Part shown: piece after piece, positions 49,751-62,562 of the stretch
Numbering within the stretch: the stretch's first letter is position 1
How the letters are laid out: each line of letters opens with the position of its first letter
Assembly: GCF_964213995.1 (NCBI RefSeq)
Contig: NC_135802.1
Coordinates: 59,458,001-59,522,000 of the forward strand
Direction of reading: 5' to 3'
Origin: Mustelus asterias
Lineage: Eukaryota
Length of the DNA: 64,000 bases
Notes under the pieces: model-generated
Told to the model about the DNA's origin: nothing
The model's input: only the letters and a program-made list of their open reading frames with translations
Database searches by the model: none
Made by a program: the position numbers and the translations under genes

Positions 49751-51472
49751 AATCATAGCCATCTTTTACCCGTATTTTTAACCTTATTAAATTTCATTAG
49801 AAAGTAATCAAATTTTCATTGTGATATATTACTGATATCAGTGTGCCAATAGGAAAATGTTAAAAGATACCAGGGAGCAACATGTGAACTAATTAAAATT
49901 TTACAGGTTCTTTGTCAAGTTTTATTTGTTAAAAATGATCAAGTTCATTAGCTTGATAACAGATGTTTTTTAATAGCCTAATTATAATGACCTTGTTTGT
50001 ACCCATCAGGTACATAATTTCTCACTGTTGGAATACTGCCCATTTTGAAATGCATAATAATAGTATTAACTCTTGCAAGGCGAAAATAAAGAAAAATAGC
50101 CTGTTTAATTTTAAGAACTAATGCTTGAGACATTATGTGGATTTTTTTTTTAAATTCCTCCAGCAAATATAAAAGAGGAGTTTTGACATTCACAATATAA
50201 GATAGAAGAATAACCCTTTCATATGTACAGATTTGTAGTAGCAAGAAATCATTGGCAGCATTATTATTCTGAGGAATAGATATCGCTGATCGATCATGAG
50301 AATCTTCGGGAAGTGCGACAACTAATAATTGTCTGTTAGAGCAGTGAATCTTGAGAATTAAAACTGTAGATCAATATGTCTTCGTTCTTTAAGCCTTAAA
50401 GTTTAGGGCATGTTTCTGCCTCATTCACAAAGCAATTACTTCTTTGCTTCCAGATTCTCATAGATCGATTAATCACACCTTTTCCCAGCATTTCAAAAAT
50501 ATTTCTTGCAAAGTGATTTTTTATCACATTGCTGCCATTAATGATACATAGCAACATAACTAATAAATTAACCTTCAAAACATTGCAACAGGCCTATCCC
50601 ACTGTATCTTGCAGCATAAACCATTTTACTAATTTGACAAACTTGTTTACCACAATGTTACTGCAGCACATTGCTATTTTATTCTGTAAGCTGAGCATGG
50701 AAAAGGGAGCTTTTTAAATCCTCTGTTATCAGAGCAGGATTTCACATTTACTCTAAATAGTTGGAAGGGTGTTGATTACAGAACATCTCTTAAAGAGGTC
50801 TTCGTAGCCTTCAGTAGGTTAACAGCATGTCTTCATTAACTACTTGTAATTATATACATAAAATAAGGGCAGGAACTATCACCATGTCTAAGTCTTTACA
50901 CATCTCTGCTCAACAACACTCTGACCCAAGGTCTAGGTCATATACCTTCTTGCATCACTGTGTGGGCAGTACTACTCGGTCCCTTACACTACTATTTTTG
51001 GCTGTCTATATATGAAAAAATGAAGAGAATCATTTTGATTTTTGCTTTATTAAAAGAGTATCATAATTTAAGAAATGACCTGCTGTTCACTTTACCAGTC
51101 ATTTCATGTTTGAGATACCAGAGCAACTTATTTAAAAATAATCCCTCCTGTGAGATTGGGGACAGGGGGGGTATATAATTTGACCTGTAATTTTGTCCTT
51201 GCATCATTTCAACCTATTATTTCCTTGAGTATTGTTGCACTTATTTTCATTGATTTATTCTGTGGATTGTGATGGTGTTATGATGACTCCTTAATGCTTT
51301 CATTTGTTAATGTAGATATATAGAGTGACGGTATTCTGAAATGAAACTTATCTGTGATGATCCAAGACTACTAATTTTTGTATGTTGTTTGCAAATGTTA
51401 AACAGCATGCAATTCTATGTTATCATTTTATTAGTTATACATAAAAGTATGTATATTTTTTAGTTTAAAATA

Positions 51473-52133
51473 GAACCATAGAATCCCTACAGTGCAGAAG
51501 GAAGCCATTCAGCCCATCGAATCTGCACCGACTGCGGCACGGTGGCACAGTGGTTAGCACTGCTGCCTCACAGTGCCAGGTTCCCAGGTTCGATTCCGGC
51601 CTTGAGTGAATGTGTTGAGTTTGCACATTCTCCCCATGTACGCATGGGTTTCCTCTGGGTGTTCCGGTTTCCTCCCACAATCCAAAGATGTGCAGGTTAA
51701 GTGGATTGCCAAATTGCCTCTTAATACCCCAAGATGTGTAGGTTAGGGGGATTCGTGGGCTAAATGCATGGGGTTACGGGGATCGGGTGGATCTAGGTAA
51801 GATGCTCTTTTGGAGAGTCGGTGCATAATTAATGGGCCAAATGGCCTCCTCCTGCACTGTAGGGATTCTATCTATGATGACTCTCCAGAATAGCATTTTA
51901 GCCAAGCCCATCCCCGCCCTATCACAGTAATCCTGGCTAATTTTACCATGGCTAATCCACTTAATCTGCACATCTTTGGACTATAGGAGGAAATCACAAC
52001 ACCTGAAGGAAACCCATGCAGACACAGGAAGAATGTGCAAACTCCACACAGACAGTCACCCAAGGCTGGAATCAGACCCAGGTCCCTGGCGCTGTGAGGC
52101 AGCAGTGCTAACCACTGTGCCACCATGCTGCCC
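51473..52133 (-). mobile_element. SINE (minus strand) interrupted in its tail by a plus-strand SINE
   Basis: Head at 52133-52060; tail split into 51879-51950 and 51473-51533. Confidence 0.85.
51534..51878 (+). mobile_element. SINE (plus strand) nested in the above
   Basis: Complete head-core-tail; GACT is repeated at both junctions. Confidence 0.88.
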
Positions 52134-53769
52134 ATTCATGCACTTAGGCTGAAGTAACAAAACAAAGGAGCATTTAATGAATGGCAGGACACTAGGAAGC
52201 TCAGAGGAACAGATGGATCTTGCGGAGTGGAGGGAATGTTTTGTATTTGTATTTATTCCTGTTGGCTCGCTGGAGCTATGCTGTATTAATGTATGCACCG
52301 GAAACAATGTAATAGACGGGAAACAGAGAGAGAAGACACAGCCGTGGATGAGATCACACACCATTAATAAAGCTCCGTTCATTTTTAACCAAAACCTGTC
52401 TCGCATATCACGTCTCCGAGACACAGCAGAACCAATGACAGTGAAGAATTGGCAATGTATGTCTGTGTTAGGGTGGTGTGCAATTTGTAGGGGAAATTGA
52501 GGGATGATGGTTTATCCCAGATGTTATTATTCATGCCCTTCTTGATGATAAGGATTCCATGGTTGCGAGATGCTGTTGAAGCAATCTTAATGGGTTGTTG
52601 CAGTGAGACCTGTAAGTAATACATAGTATGCTGCTGGTGGAGGAAGTGGTATTGAGTCTAGCGGCAGGGCAGTCAGTCAAGAAGGGAACTTCATATCTGC
52701 TGCAGCAGCAACCATCTAGATGAGTCGTAAATATTCTTGATTTGAACCTTACCGCGTAATACCCAACCTCTGCTCTGCTTTTACACAACATTTACAGCAC
52801 AGAATAGAGGCATTTGGCTCTTGTATCTGGTGTGTTGGTATTGTTGATCCCATTAAGCTTCTGTTTATCAATAGATCTAACAAGAATGACGGCACTGAAG
52901 CTTAGGGAAAGGTACTTATGCTTTTTCTTGTTGGAGAAAATATTACTTGGTACTTGTGCAGCTCATATAATACCTGCTATAGTTTGAATATGGAAGAAAC
53001 ACAAATTCAAAATAAGTAAGGGGTATTGAATTGAATCAGTCAAAATGTTGTTATACACTGTACTTCAAACACACACTGAGTTTTCCTTCCCATTTATTCT
53101 CAAATTTACCCTTTTTTGGGGGGGTTTATTTTTCACCCTACAAATAGAACCTAAAAATAAAGCCTTCCCTTTTTTAAATCAGCATAAAAATCAGCTATAA
53201 TGAACATAGATAGGTACATGTTTTCTAACAAATAACATTTTGAACCTTTTATTTATTCAAATGTTAATTTCATTTATATGGTGTTCTTGAAGACCAAAAC
53301 CCTGAAGGTATTGGTGGCTATATTATCTTTTTAGTGGGATGTGTTAATCATCTGCTGTAACTATTATAATTCAATTCTAAATTTATAGTAATGCATTGGC
53401 TGTCAATAACAATCAGAAAGCTTAATATTCCAGATGTTCAGAGCTTAGTATTCATTTGATCTTCAACAGAAGCAAGCTTAGTTAGTTTGCTCCATGAGGT
53501 CGAAAGCTTGTTAATGCTTGCTATCATAGCTGGCATATGAATATTAATAGAGAAAATATGCCATAGAGAGAAGTTTATTGTTGGTCTTGATTTTTTTTTG
53601 TTCTTGAGTGGAACTTTTGTGTTAACCAGTGATTTGTTGGTGAGGAGAAAAAAAGCATGTTGCTATGCTAGACTAAACACAAAGGATAGTGTGAAGTGAC
53701 ATTGTTTAATTTTTTCAGAGATAATTTATTGGATATAATTTTTGAGTAAGAATACAACAGAAAGTTGAG

Positions 53770-54060
53770 CTACCACACAGTGCCTGGGACCTGGGTTCGA
53801 TTCCCGGCTTGGGTCACTGTCTATGTGGAGTTTGCACGTTCTCCCCACGTCTGCATGGGTTTCCTCCGGGTACTCCAGTTTCCTCCCACGGTCCAAAGAT
53901 GTGCAGGTTAGGTTGATTGGCCATCCTAAATTGACCCTAGTTTCAGGGGGATTAGGAGGGTAGATATGTGGGGTTACGGGGATAGGGTGGGATTGTTGGT
54001 GCTGCAGGCTCGATGGGCCAAATGGCCTCCTTCTGTACTATAGAGATTCTATAATTCTAC
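53770..54060 (+). mobile_element. SINE, 5'-clipped, CR1-type tail
   Basis: GGGTTCGATTCCCGGCTTGGGTCACTGTC...GGCCAAATGGCCTCCTTCTG. Confidence 0.88.
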
Positions 54061-54929
54061 TGTCATGAAATTGTATTTGTCTTTTCAAACTCTAAAAAAT
54101 GTTCTTTGGAAGGTTTGAGTTGATAATGGTAAATATTTATGGCGAGCCAGTAAATTTCTTTGTTAATAGCTGCATTATAAAGATTTCTGTAAATCATAGG
54201 AGATTCATTTAACTTTTCTAAACAGTTTCCTGCCGAATAATAGCTTTGATGGTGGTCCTCCTTAACCGGATGACTCTCAGCAAGCACCGACCATTGTTAT
54301 TACTACAGTTGCACCACGTGTGCATTTGGACTTTCCAGATGAGACAATTATTGTCTGCTATGAAGGTAACCTCAGCAGCAAGTAATATCCAGCATTGTTT
54401 CTAGGATTGTCAATATTTTACTTTGTTGGCTATACATAGAAAAACAAAAGACTGAATCACATACTCAGTAGCAAAGCTGTTATTAGAAGAGGATATTTAC
54501 TTGATGGTTATACCTGTCTGTGCCTTGCTTCTTCACATCTTTAAATTATGTCTGCTAATTGCTGGTTAGTCAAAATAGCGTATTTTTTGACACCTTAATT
54601 CCACATTTTATGCATCCGTACGGTATTAACCTCGGAATACTTTGTCATCTGGGACTAGTAAAGAGAAACTAGTAGACTTAAGAAGTAAAATATTTACAGT
54701 GCTCTGGGGCACGAGTAGAGGAGTGGGACTAATCTGATTGCTTTTTCAAAGAGCTGACACAAGAACAATGGGATGAATGGCCTCCTGTACTGCAAGATTC
54801 TATGATTTGAGTACCTCTAACTTTCCCAGTGAGCTTTCCAGAATTTCGAATGAAAATTAATGTTTCCTGTGTGAAAGTGACAGGACAACATTTTTTTAAT
54901 CGAGTTACTACTGAGGGGCAACCTGTTGG

Positions 54930-55225
54930 AAGTTTACAAAATTATGAGAGGCATGGATAGTTGGAGCCTTTTTCCCAGGGTAGAAATGTCAATTATTAGG
55001 GGACGTAGGTTTAAGATAAAAGGGGTAAAGTTTAAAGGAGATTTGAGAGGCAGGTCTTTTTTACACAGAGGGTGGTAAGTGCCTGGAATGCGCTGCCAGA
55101 GCAGGTGGTAGAAGCAGATGCAATAGCAAAGTTTAAGAGGCATCTTGACAGATTCATGAATGGGCAGGAATGGAGAGATAGGGACCACATAGAGGAAAAA
55201 GGTCTTTAGGTTTAGAAATGATTGG
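54930..55225 (+). mobile_element. CR1 3' fragment
   Basis: TTTTTACACAGAGGGTGGTAAGTGCCTGGAATGCGCTGCC (FFTQRVV..WNALP). Confidence 0.8.
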
Positions 55226-56217
55226 AGTAGCAGCAAGGGTGGGGGTAGGGGGAGTGTGGGGGGAGGAACCTATAATTGGAAGATTTGAAGCAGCATGGGA
55301 GAGACAGGAGAAAAGGATCCAGTGCAGGTGAAGCATCTCTGGCTGTGTCTGTGAGGGAGAGGGGGAGGGGAGAAAGAGTTTGGTTGTGAGAGAAAGAAAG
55401 AGAATGAGACTCTTGGGAAGGAGAGGGAGTGTTTGGGAAGAAGGAGGTGGTATTGGGAGGTGGGGGCGGTGAGACAGAGCGAGGGCAACACTGCTCATTT
55501 TCATACTTAACCAGCTTATTATGTATGATTTCGCAACTTTGTTTTCAAAAAATGTCTTCCTTTTCTTCATTCTAAAACCCTCTTACTGTGCCGAGATTTC
55601 AAGTTACCAAACTACCACTGGAACAACAATAATCAAAGAAAAAGTTAAATTATTTCCAATGTGTTTCTTCCTTTTTTATATTTTTTTATTTTGTAAGCAT
55701 AGGAGTAAAGTTTGAAATGGAGAGATCTGGGGTAGTGAGAGAAAAAATATTTTGAGGGAAATCCAGTTTTTTTTCTACTTCCCCCTCATATTTTTCTTTG
55801 GTTCTACCGTCTATCTTTCTACATACAAAGATGTGCATGCGCGTGCGAGCATCGGGTTTGCTGTACATGGACTGGATGCAAAGGTGGGGGGAGGAGTACA
55901 TTAAGGAAACCTGTTTATTTGTTGTTGCGTTCTTGGTCGCCGGTCCCACACCAAGTCTCTCGTTTATTTAATATCCTTTGATAAAGATGTGGAGCAAGTT
56001 TTCACATTCCTGTTCAAGAACAGCTTGGTTTCTGACATAAATCATTAAATCTAAGAACCCCATTAAAATGTAGTCCCTGAAAATCAAAAATGAGCCGCAG
56101 GAAAATCTCAAAAAGAGCCCGTGAAAAGAAAAATAAATTTTGACTCCAGGCATCAACATTTTGGCCAGTTTACTCTGTCTGTTGTCTGGAGAATAATTTG
56201 AACAGGTGGAAGAGGTT

Positions 56218-56472
56218 TTTTTTATTCTTTCAAGGGACGTGGGCATTGCGCACAATGTGTTTGTTGCCCATCCCTTATTGACCTTGAACTGAGTGACCTG
56301 CTAGACCATTTAGGAGGATATTTAAGAGGCAACCACACTGCTCGTGATGGTCACCATTATTGAGACTATTCCAGATTAATGAATTGAATTTAAATTCCAC
56401 TGCCATGGTGAGATTTGAACCTATGTCTCCAGAGCCTTCAGCTTAATACTCCAGTGACATTAGTACTACCCA
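56218..56472 (-). mobile_element. Second, older SINE family (tRNA-like head, LINE-derived tail)
   Basis: Minus strand B-box GGTTCAAATCTCACCATGGCAG; tail TTGCCCATCCCTTATTGACCTTGA resembles 46495-46525. Confidence 0.55.
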
Positions 56473-56617
56473 AACACAATAGCCTGACCCATCAGCCATA
56501 AGATCCCATCTATATTTTTCATCTTCCACGACATATAATTGTCTCTTTCACCTGTCTCTTTTGGTCATTCTTACAAACAGCAAGCAGAATACACTGCCCA
56601 GAACTTTGAGGCTAATA

Positions 56618-56933
56618 TCATAGAATACCTACAGTGCAGAAGGAGGCCATTCGAGCAGTCCATCGAATGTGCACCGACCATAATTCCACCCAGGCCCTGT
56701 TCCCATAACCCCACGCATTTACCCTGCTAATCCCCCTGACAAGGGGCCATTTATCACGGCCAATCCACCTAACCCACACATCTTTGGACTGTGGGAGGAA
56801 ACTGGAGCACCCAGTGGAAACCTACACAGACACAGGGAGAATGTGCAAACCCCACACAGACAGTGACCCGAGGCCGGAATTGAACCTGGGTCCCTGGCGC
56901 TGTGAGGCAGCAGTGCTTGCCACTGTGCCACCC
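56618..56933 (-). mobile_element. HE1/V-SINE-type SINE
   Basis: Full reverse-complemented head, core and CR1-type tail. Confidence 0.9.
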
Positions 56934-59900
56934 ATGTACAATCTGTACGGCACTGAACTCATTTTGGTTGCACACCTGAAGCTTTGTTTTCTCTTAACAT
57001 TACAGAAGTTTACTAAATGGCAGCTTCTAAACAGATCCAATTGCTCCTGCATTTAGTTGTGTTTTCTTTATTTACAGCTTGGCATTAAAATCAGAAGGTC
57101 AGTCAAAAGATTGAAGCCCTCAGAATGAGTGCAATGCATCATAAACTGGCTTTGCTCAGTTACTCAAGGCATTGCTTTACCTTTATCAGCAGAATGTATT
57201 GGTTGTCTGAAGCTTCGAGAACATTGTAGGGACTGGAATGTGTGGAAATGCACAGCTATTTCCTTTGCAATATGATTTGAGAAAGAAAAAGATTTTAGTT
57301 AAGTTCTCTCCAGTATTTAATCTATTTTTTATATAAGATGCTATGAAGAAATGCTGCTGTTAGGAAGTTATCGGCACCCACAGCCCAGAGAAGGATAAAA
57401 CCGAGCTTGAATGGCCAATAATAAGAGGCAATAATCAGTCCTTCCAAGAAACTCTTAAAGCAATACTGCTCTTTTCAGAGCAAATATTTGTCTTCCTCAA
57501 TGATACTCACCATGAAAACCTTCAAATATTTTTAAAGTATGCACCATTTAATTGACAATACAAACTATTTATAGACTGATATGAAAGGTTAGAGAAAGTA
57601 TTCCGAATGTGAGAGGTAAAGACCTCGCACTGTATATTTTTATAAAATATCGATAGGTATGCTCATTGCTATTTCTATTTTTAACTGAACAAGACTTTTA
57701 AAGTGGCTGAAACTGTCTGTGACCCTGGAACAAGAGAAGCCACTTAGCACTTTTAGGAAAATTCACACCTCATGATCTCTGAGGAGTCACTAACAACCTC
57801 ATGGTCTGTACAGCCCAACTTCAGAGAGCTACAAAAAGGTCATCTGCATTTAATAACCCAAGCTGGCCAGAAGGTGATGGATCATGTGCGAAGACAAAGG
57901 CCCCACAACCTTCCTTTCAATTCCTAATGGCTGATAGGTTTAATAGTCGTTGGAATCCAGATGATCAATAGACGTTCTTTGTCAAAGATGGTGGAGAGGT
58001 GAGAATCACATGACACAGGCCTCAGGCTTGTGGAAGAAGTAATATTGCTCTGCAGAAGTGAAAAGCTCAACCTGCTGTTTAACATCTGACTAGCATGCCA
58101 CACTGAACGAGCTCTGGCCTATGTTTGAACACCTGACCCCATCTACCTTGCATCCGTTGGAAGATCTGTACCATCGCCTACAAGACTAATTAATCTTTGC
58201 AAGCTTGTCTCAACATGTGAAGTTAATACTACCGCAAAAGTGAATTATACAGCACTGGTTTTAGCCTGCCTACCTCAGTGAAGGTATTGCTGATTGGACT
58301 TTGATTCTATACTTTGGAACAGAATGAACCTATATTTATTTTCTCTGTGCTGTAAATCCTCCTTTTCTCCATCCCTCGCTTTACTGCCATAGTATGGAGG
58401 CAACGTTGAAACTCTCCTCTCACGTTTTGAGTGAAATTAAACTAACCCATTGAGTTCATCCTATCTCGAGTTTGCTGTGAGGTTACTACTAGAAAATAGA
58501 ATCATAAAAACCGAGGGGCTGGGGAAAAGGCTTATTAAGAGGGAAACAAATAAAAATGCCATTCTGTTTTATGGATGGGTGATGAGAGGAGAAAGTAGTG
58601 CTGTTTAGATTAACCCTCCTCCTGTGTATAACACAAGTGTAATTGCTGTGTAGTACAGTCACTCCAATACTTTGTCTTTCAAGGGCATGGATTTGTAAAT
58701 TAGAAGTGTACAGAAATCAGCTTATAAGGTGTATTAAATAACATGCTTATATAGCACTTTTAGGAAGAACATCATTTGGTGCTTTATAAGAAGATAAGAG
58801 GAGGAGGTTCAGACACAGACTAGGTAGTTAAGGGTGGCGATCGAAAACATGATCAGTGGAGTTGTTTTAAGGAGATTATAGAAGATGGGGAGAGATGTAT
58901 CAAGATCGAGCAGTCGGAAGAAGACATGGTGGCTCAAGGCTTTGCTACGAGGTGAAGAGTTTCAGAACTTTGGGTGCACAATAGTTATGAGATGGAATGG
59001 AGACTTGGAGATGGTTGTAAAATTAGAATGATGAATCGTGGAAAGATTTTTAAGCAAGGAAAAGAGATTTTGAAATCAGTGAACTGGGGCACAGGTAGCC
59101 ATTGGAGTTTGGTAAGGACAGGTGCAAAGATGTTGTACTTGGGAAATTAAGATGAGGTCTATATTAACCTATTGAATCATGATGCCATGCTGGGTATCAG
59201 ATGTACAAGTGGTATTTTGAAAACTATGCTATGGTTTTCCTATATGTACCCTAATACATTTCTTGAACTTGTCTCTTGGATTGTGAAATTCTACAGAGTA
59301 TCTGTGTGCATCTCTTATTTTTAAAACCACTTTTAGAATTATAGCTGTTTACCATGTTAGAATAACTGGGTAACTTTAACATTTGCACACATATTGTGAA
59401 GCAAAGATATTCAACTCAGCCAAGTCAATTTTTTCCAATGACTACATATATTCCATTTCATCAAAGGTTCTATTCAATCAGTTTAATCTCCTGAGGGAAA
59501 TGTCTGCAAATGTTTCCTCCTTCAACCTCTCACAAAGTAAACATAAATGGAGTAAATTTTCACAGTATCAATTGACCTTTATATCGTACGCTGTTTCTTC
59601 AAGCCAGCGCATCACTTATCATGATGTACACAAGAGCCACCAATTTGGAACATTGGAAAGTACAAGGCAGAAAAATACTTCACTCTCTCTGGCTAGCTCC
59701 ATAAACCATATTCTCCAATTGTCCATCCTTCAATTATTTACCCAGTTCTCCCTTAAAGGTAGTTAAGTTTGAACTATCTGTATAGCTCCCACTTTGTAAG
59801 CTGGAGTTCTAAAATTTGTAGCCCTCTTGACTACATCTACAGTCAATTTAATTATTGTCTAAAGATTTTGGTTGAATGAACAATACCTACCTTGAACTGC

Positions 59901-61721
59901 CTCGTGTCCAAGTATTCCACACAATCTTAAGACCCCTCAATAATTTTCCAAACCTACCTAAATGTCCAGCCGACTTTGTAGAGGTGTTGATCAATAGAGC
60001 AAGAGTCTATTCCATATCTCAATTCTGTGGGTCTTTCTTTTTATTCTTTGTTTTTGTCCTTTAGGTGGGTTAATTTAATACCCATTGTTCTAGCTCTGTG
60101 TTCACAGTCAAGTTAAATAGCCTGTTTTTATTTTCATATCTTCTGAGCTTTCTAAAGACCTGAATTGTGTTCCATGTTGAATTTTTTAACTAAAAAAACA
60201 AATTTCATTTTGAATCTTTACAAGTCAGACATTTAAATCATTAAATCATTCTTGTTGCTCTTTAAATCCTCACTAATCCAAAGCAATGATGTATGCAAAG
60301 TGAAGTCCCTGAGATACATCCCAAAATATGACTGACTTTGGTAACATGTTTGAGTTAACAAATGGTGAGCAAAGTCCTCTTAAATCATTTCTCCTTTTCC
60401 ACCTTTCCTACTGGACATCACTTATGTATAGTATCTTGATTGACAAGGGCGTCAAGTGTTATGGGAGGAGTAGATGGGAAAGTGCAGTGAGGCCACATTC
60501 AGATCAGCCATAATCTTATTAAATGTCAGAGTAGGTTTGTGGGACCAAATGGCCTACTCTTGCTCCTAATTTATATGTTTATGTTATAGACAATTGCCTC
60601 TACCTGTGTATTTGTTACGGTATGTCTTGCCTTTACTAACACTGGGGTAATAGTTCTCAGTTGGGCCTCAGTGATGGAAATGGTGAGCCTTTGCGGATGA
60701 TAAATAATTCAGTTAAAGCTATTATCGTTAAGTATCAAAGCTTATCTGAAGGCTGTAAAAACCTGCTACAACTGCACCTAGGTGGTCTCAGCAGTAAGTA
60801 GACAATGGACAATAATGTCTTGGAGACCAAACATGTAGGATTCAATCAAAAATAATAAAAATCAATGAAAGACATTACCATTTCATAGATAATGTAACAG
60901 AAAAATCATGGCAGTAAGTGTTACTTCGTAAGGGAATACAGGGAGTTCCAGACAGACTCAGGGCTAAAAAAAGAAATCAGTATGAAGACGGCATGAGAGT
61001 TCCAGGGAGAATCAGGGTAGGAAAAAAGCAAGTGTGCTGTGCTTATGACTGGTGTCAGGTGGAGACTGCAATTGATTACCAGGTTGAATATAGAAGGTTC
61101 AGAGAGAAGGTGAAGAAGTAAATAAAAGAGACAAAGAGGGAGTGTGAAAAGAAACTGGCAGTTAATATAAAAGGGAATCCCAAAGTCATCTATAGGCATA
61201 TAATAGTGAAAGGGAGGAGGAGGAGGGATGCTGAGGGACCAAAAAAGGAATTTACACACGGAGGCAGAGGGGATAACTGAAGTATTAAATAAATACTTTG
61301 CATCTGTTTATAGGAAAGATGATGATGCTACCCAGACCATGGTAAAAGAAAACTAATTCAAACACTACTTGGCTTTACAATTGAAATGGAGGAGGTATTG
61401 ATTAGGCAGTCTGTACTTAAAGTTGATAAGGCACCAAATTCAGATGAGATGCACCCAAGGATGCTGTGAGAAGTGCAAGTGGAAATTGCAGAGGCACTGG
61501 TCTAACTTTTCAGTCCTTCTTAGATTCGGGGGTGGTGCTAGAGGATTAGAGAATTCCAAATGTTATGCCCTTAAAAAAATGAATGCAAGGATAAGCACAG
61601 CAACTACAGGCCTGTTAGTTTAACTTCAGTAATGGGGAATCTTCTAGAAATAATAATTCGGGTCAAAATTAACATGCATGTGGACAAATGTAGGTAATTA
61701 AAGAAAGCCAGGATGGATTTC

Positions 61722-62065
61722 TTATTTATTATTGTCACATGCATTAGCATACAGTGAAAAGTATTGTTTCTTACGCACTATATAGACAGAGCATACTGTT
61801 CATAGGAAGGAAACGAGAGAGTATAGAATGTAGTGTTACAGTCATAGCTAGGGTATAGAGAAAGATCAACTGAATGCAAGGTAGGTCCATTCAAAAGTCT
61901 GACGGCAGCAGGGCGCCAAATCTAAGAGATTGAATTAGAGTATTGTTAGAGAGTTTAAAGAGTTAGAATGAAGTTTTAGAAGCATAGAATGAAAGTAAAA
62001 GATAGAATTAGAAGGTATGCTGGGCACAGCTTGCAAGAAGTCTCCATGCTCCAGCGCCATCTTGA
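61722..62065 (-). mobile_element. Short bipartite Rex1-derived element (putative 5' UTR joined to 3' tail)
   Basis: 61722-61912 is the Rex1 3' end. 61913-62065 on the minus strand begins CAAGATGGCGCTGGAGC. Confidence 0.6.
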
Positions 62066-62562
62066 AAAATGTATGTTAATGACCTAAACCTTCGTGTACA
62101 AGGCACAACTTCAAAGTGTGGGGATGATACAAAACTCGGAAGCTTTGTGAACCGTGAGGAGTAAAGTGTAGAACTTCAAAAGGACATAGGCAAGTTGATG
62201 GAATAAGCAGACAGGTGCCAGATGAAGTTCTATGCTGAGAAATGTGAAGTGATTAATTTTATTGGAAAGAACACAGAGAGGCAGTATAAAATAGGAGGTG
62301 CAGGGGACCCCTTGGATGCATCTGTGCATAAGTAATTGAAGGTGGCAGGTCGGGTTGAGAGCAGTCAATAGAGAATCCAGGCTTTATTAAAAGGGCATAG
62401 AGTACAAGAGCAAGGAGATTATTGTGACAACTTGTAGAAGTCACTAGTCTGGGCAGTATACTTTAGGAAGGATGTGAAGGTATTGGAAAGAGTGCAGAAA
62501 AGATTTGTGAGAATGGTTTCCGGAATGAGGAACTTCAGTTGTGTGGGTAGATTGGAGGAGTA

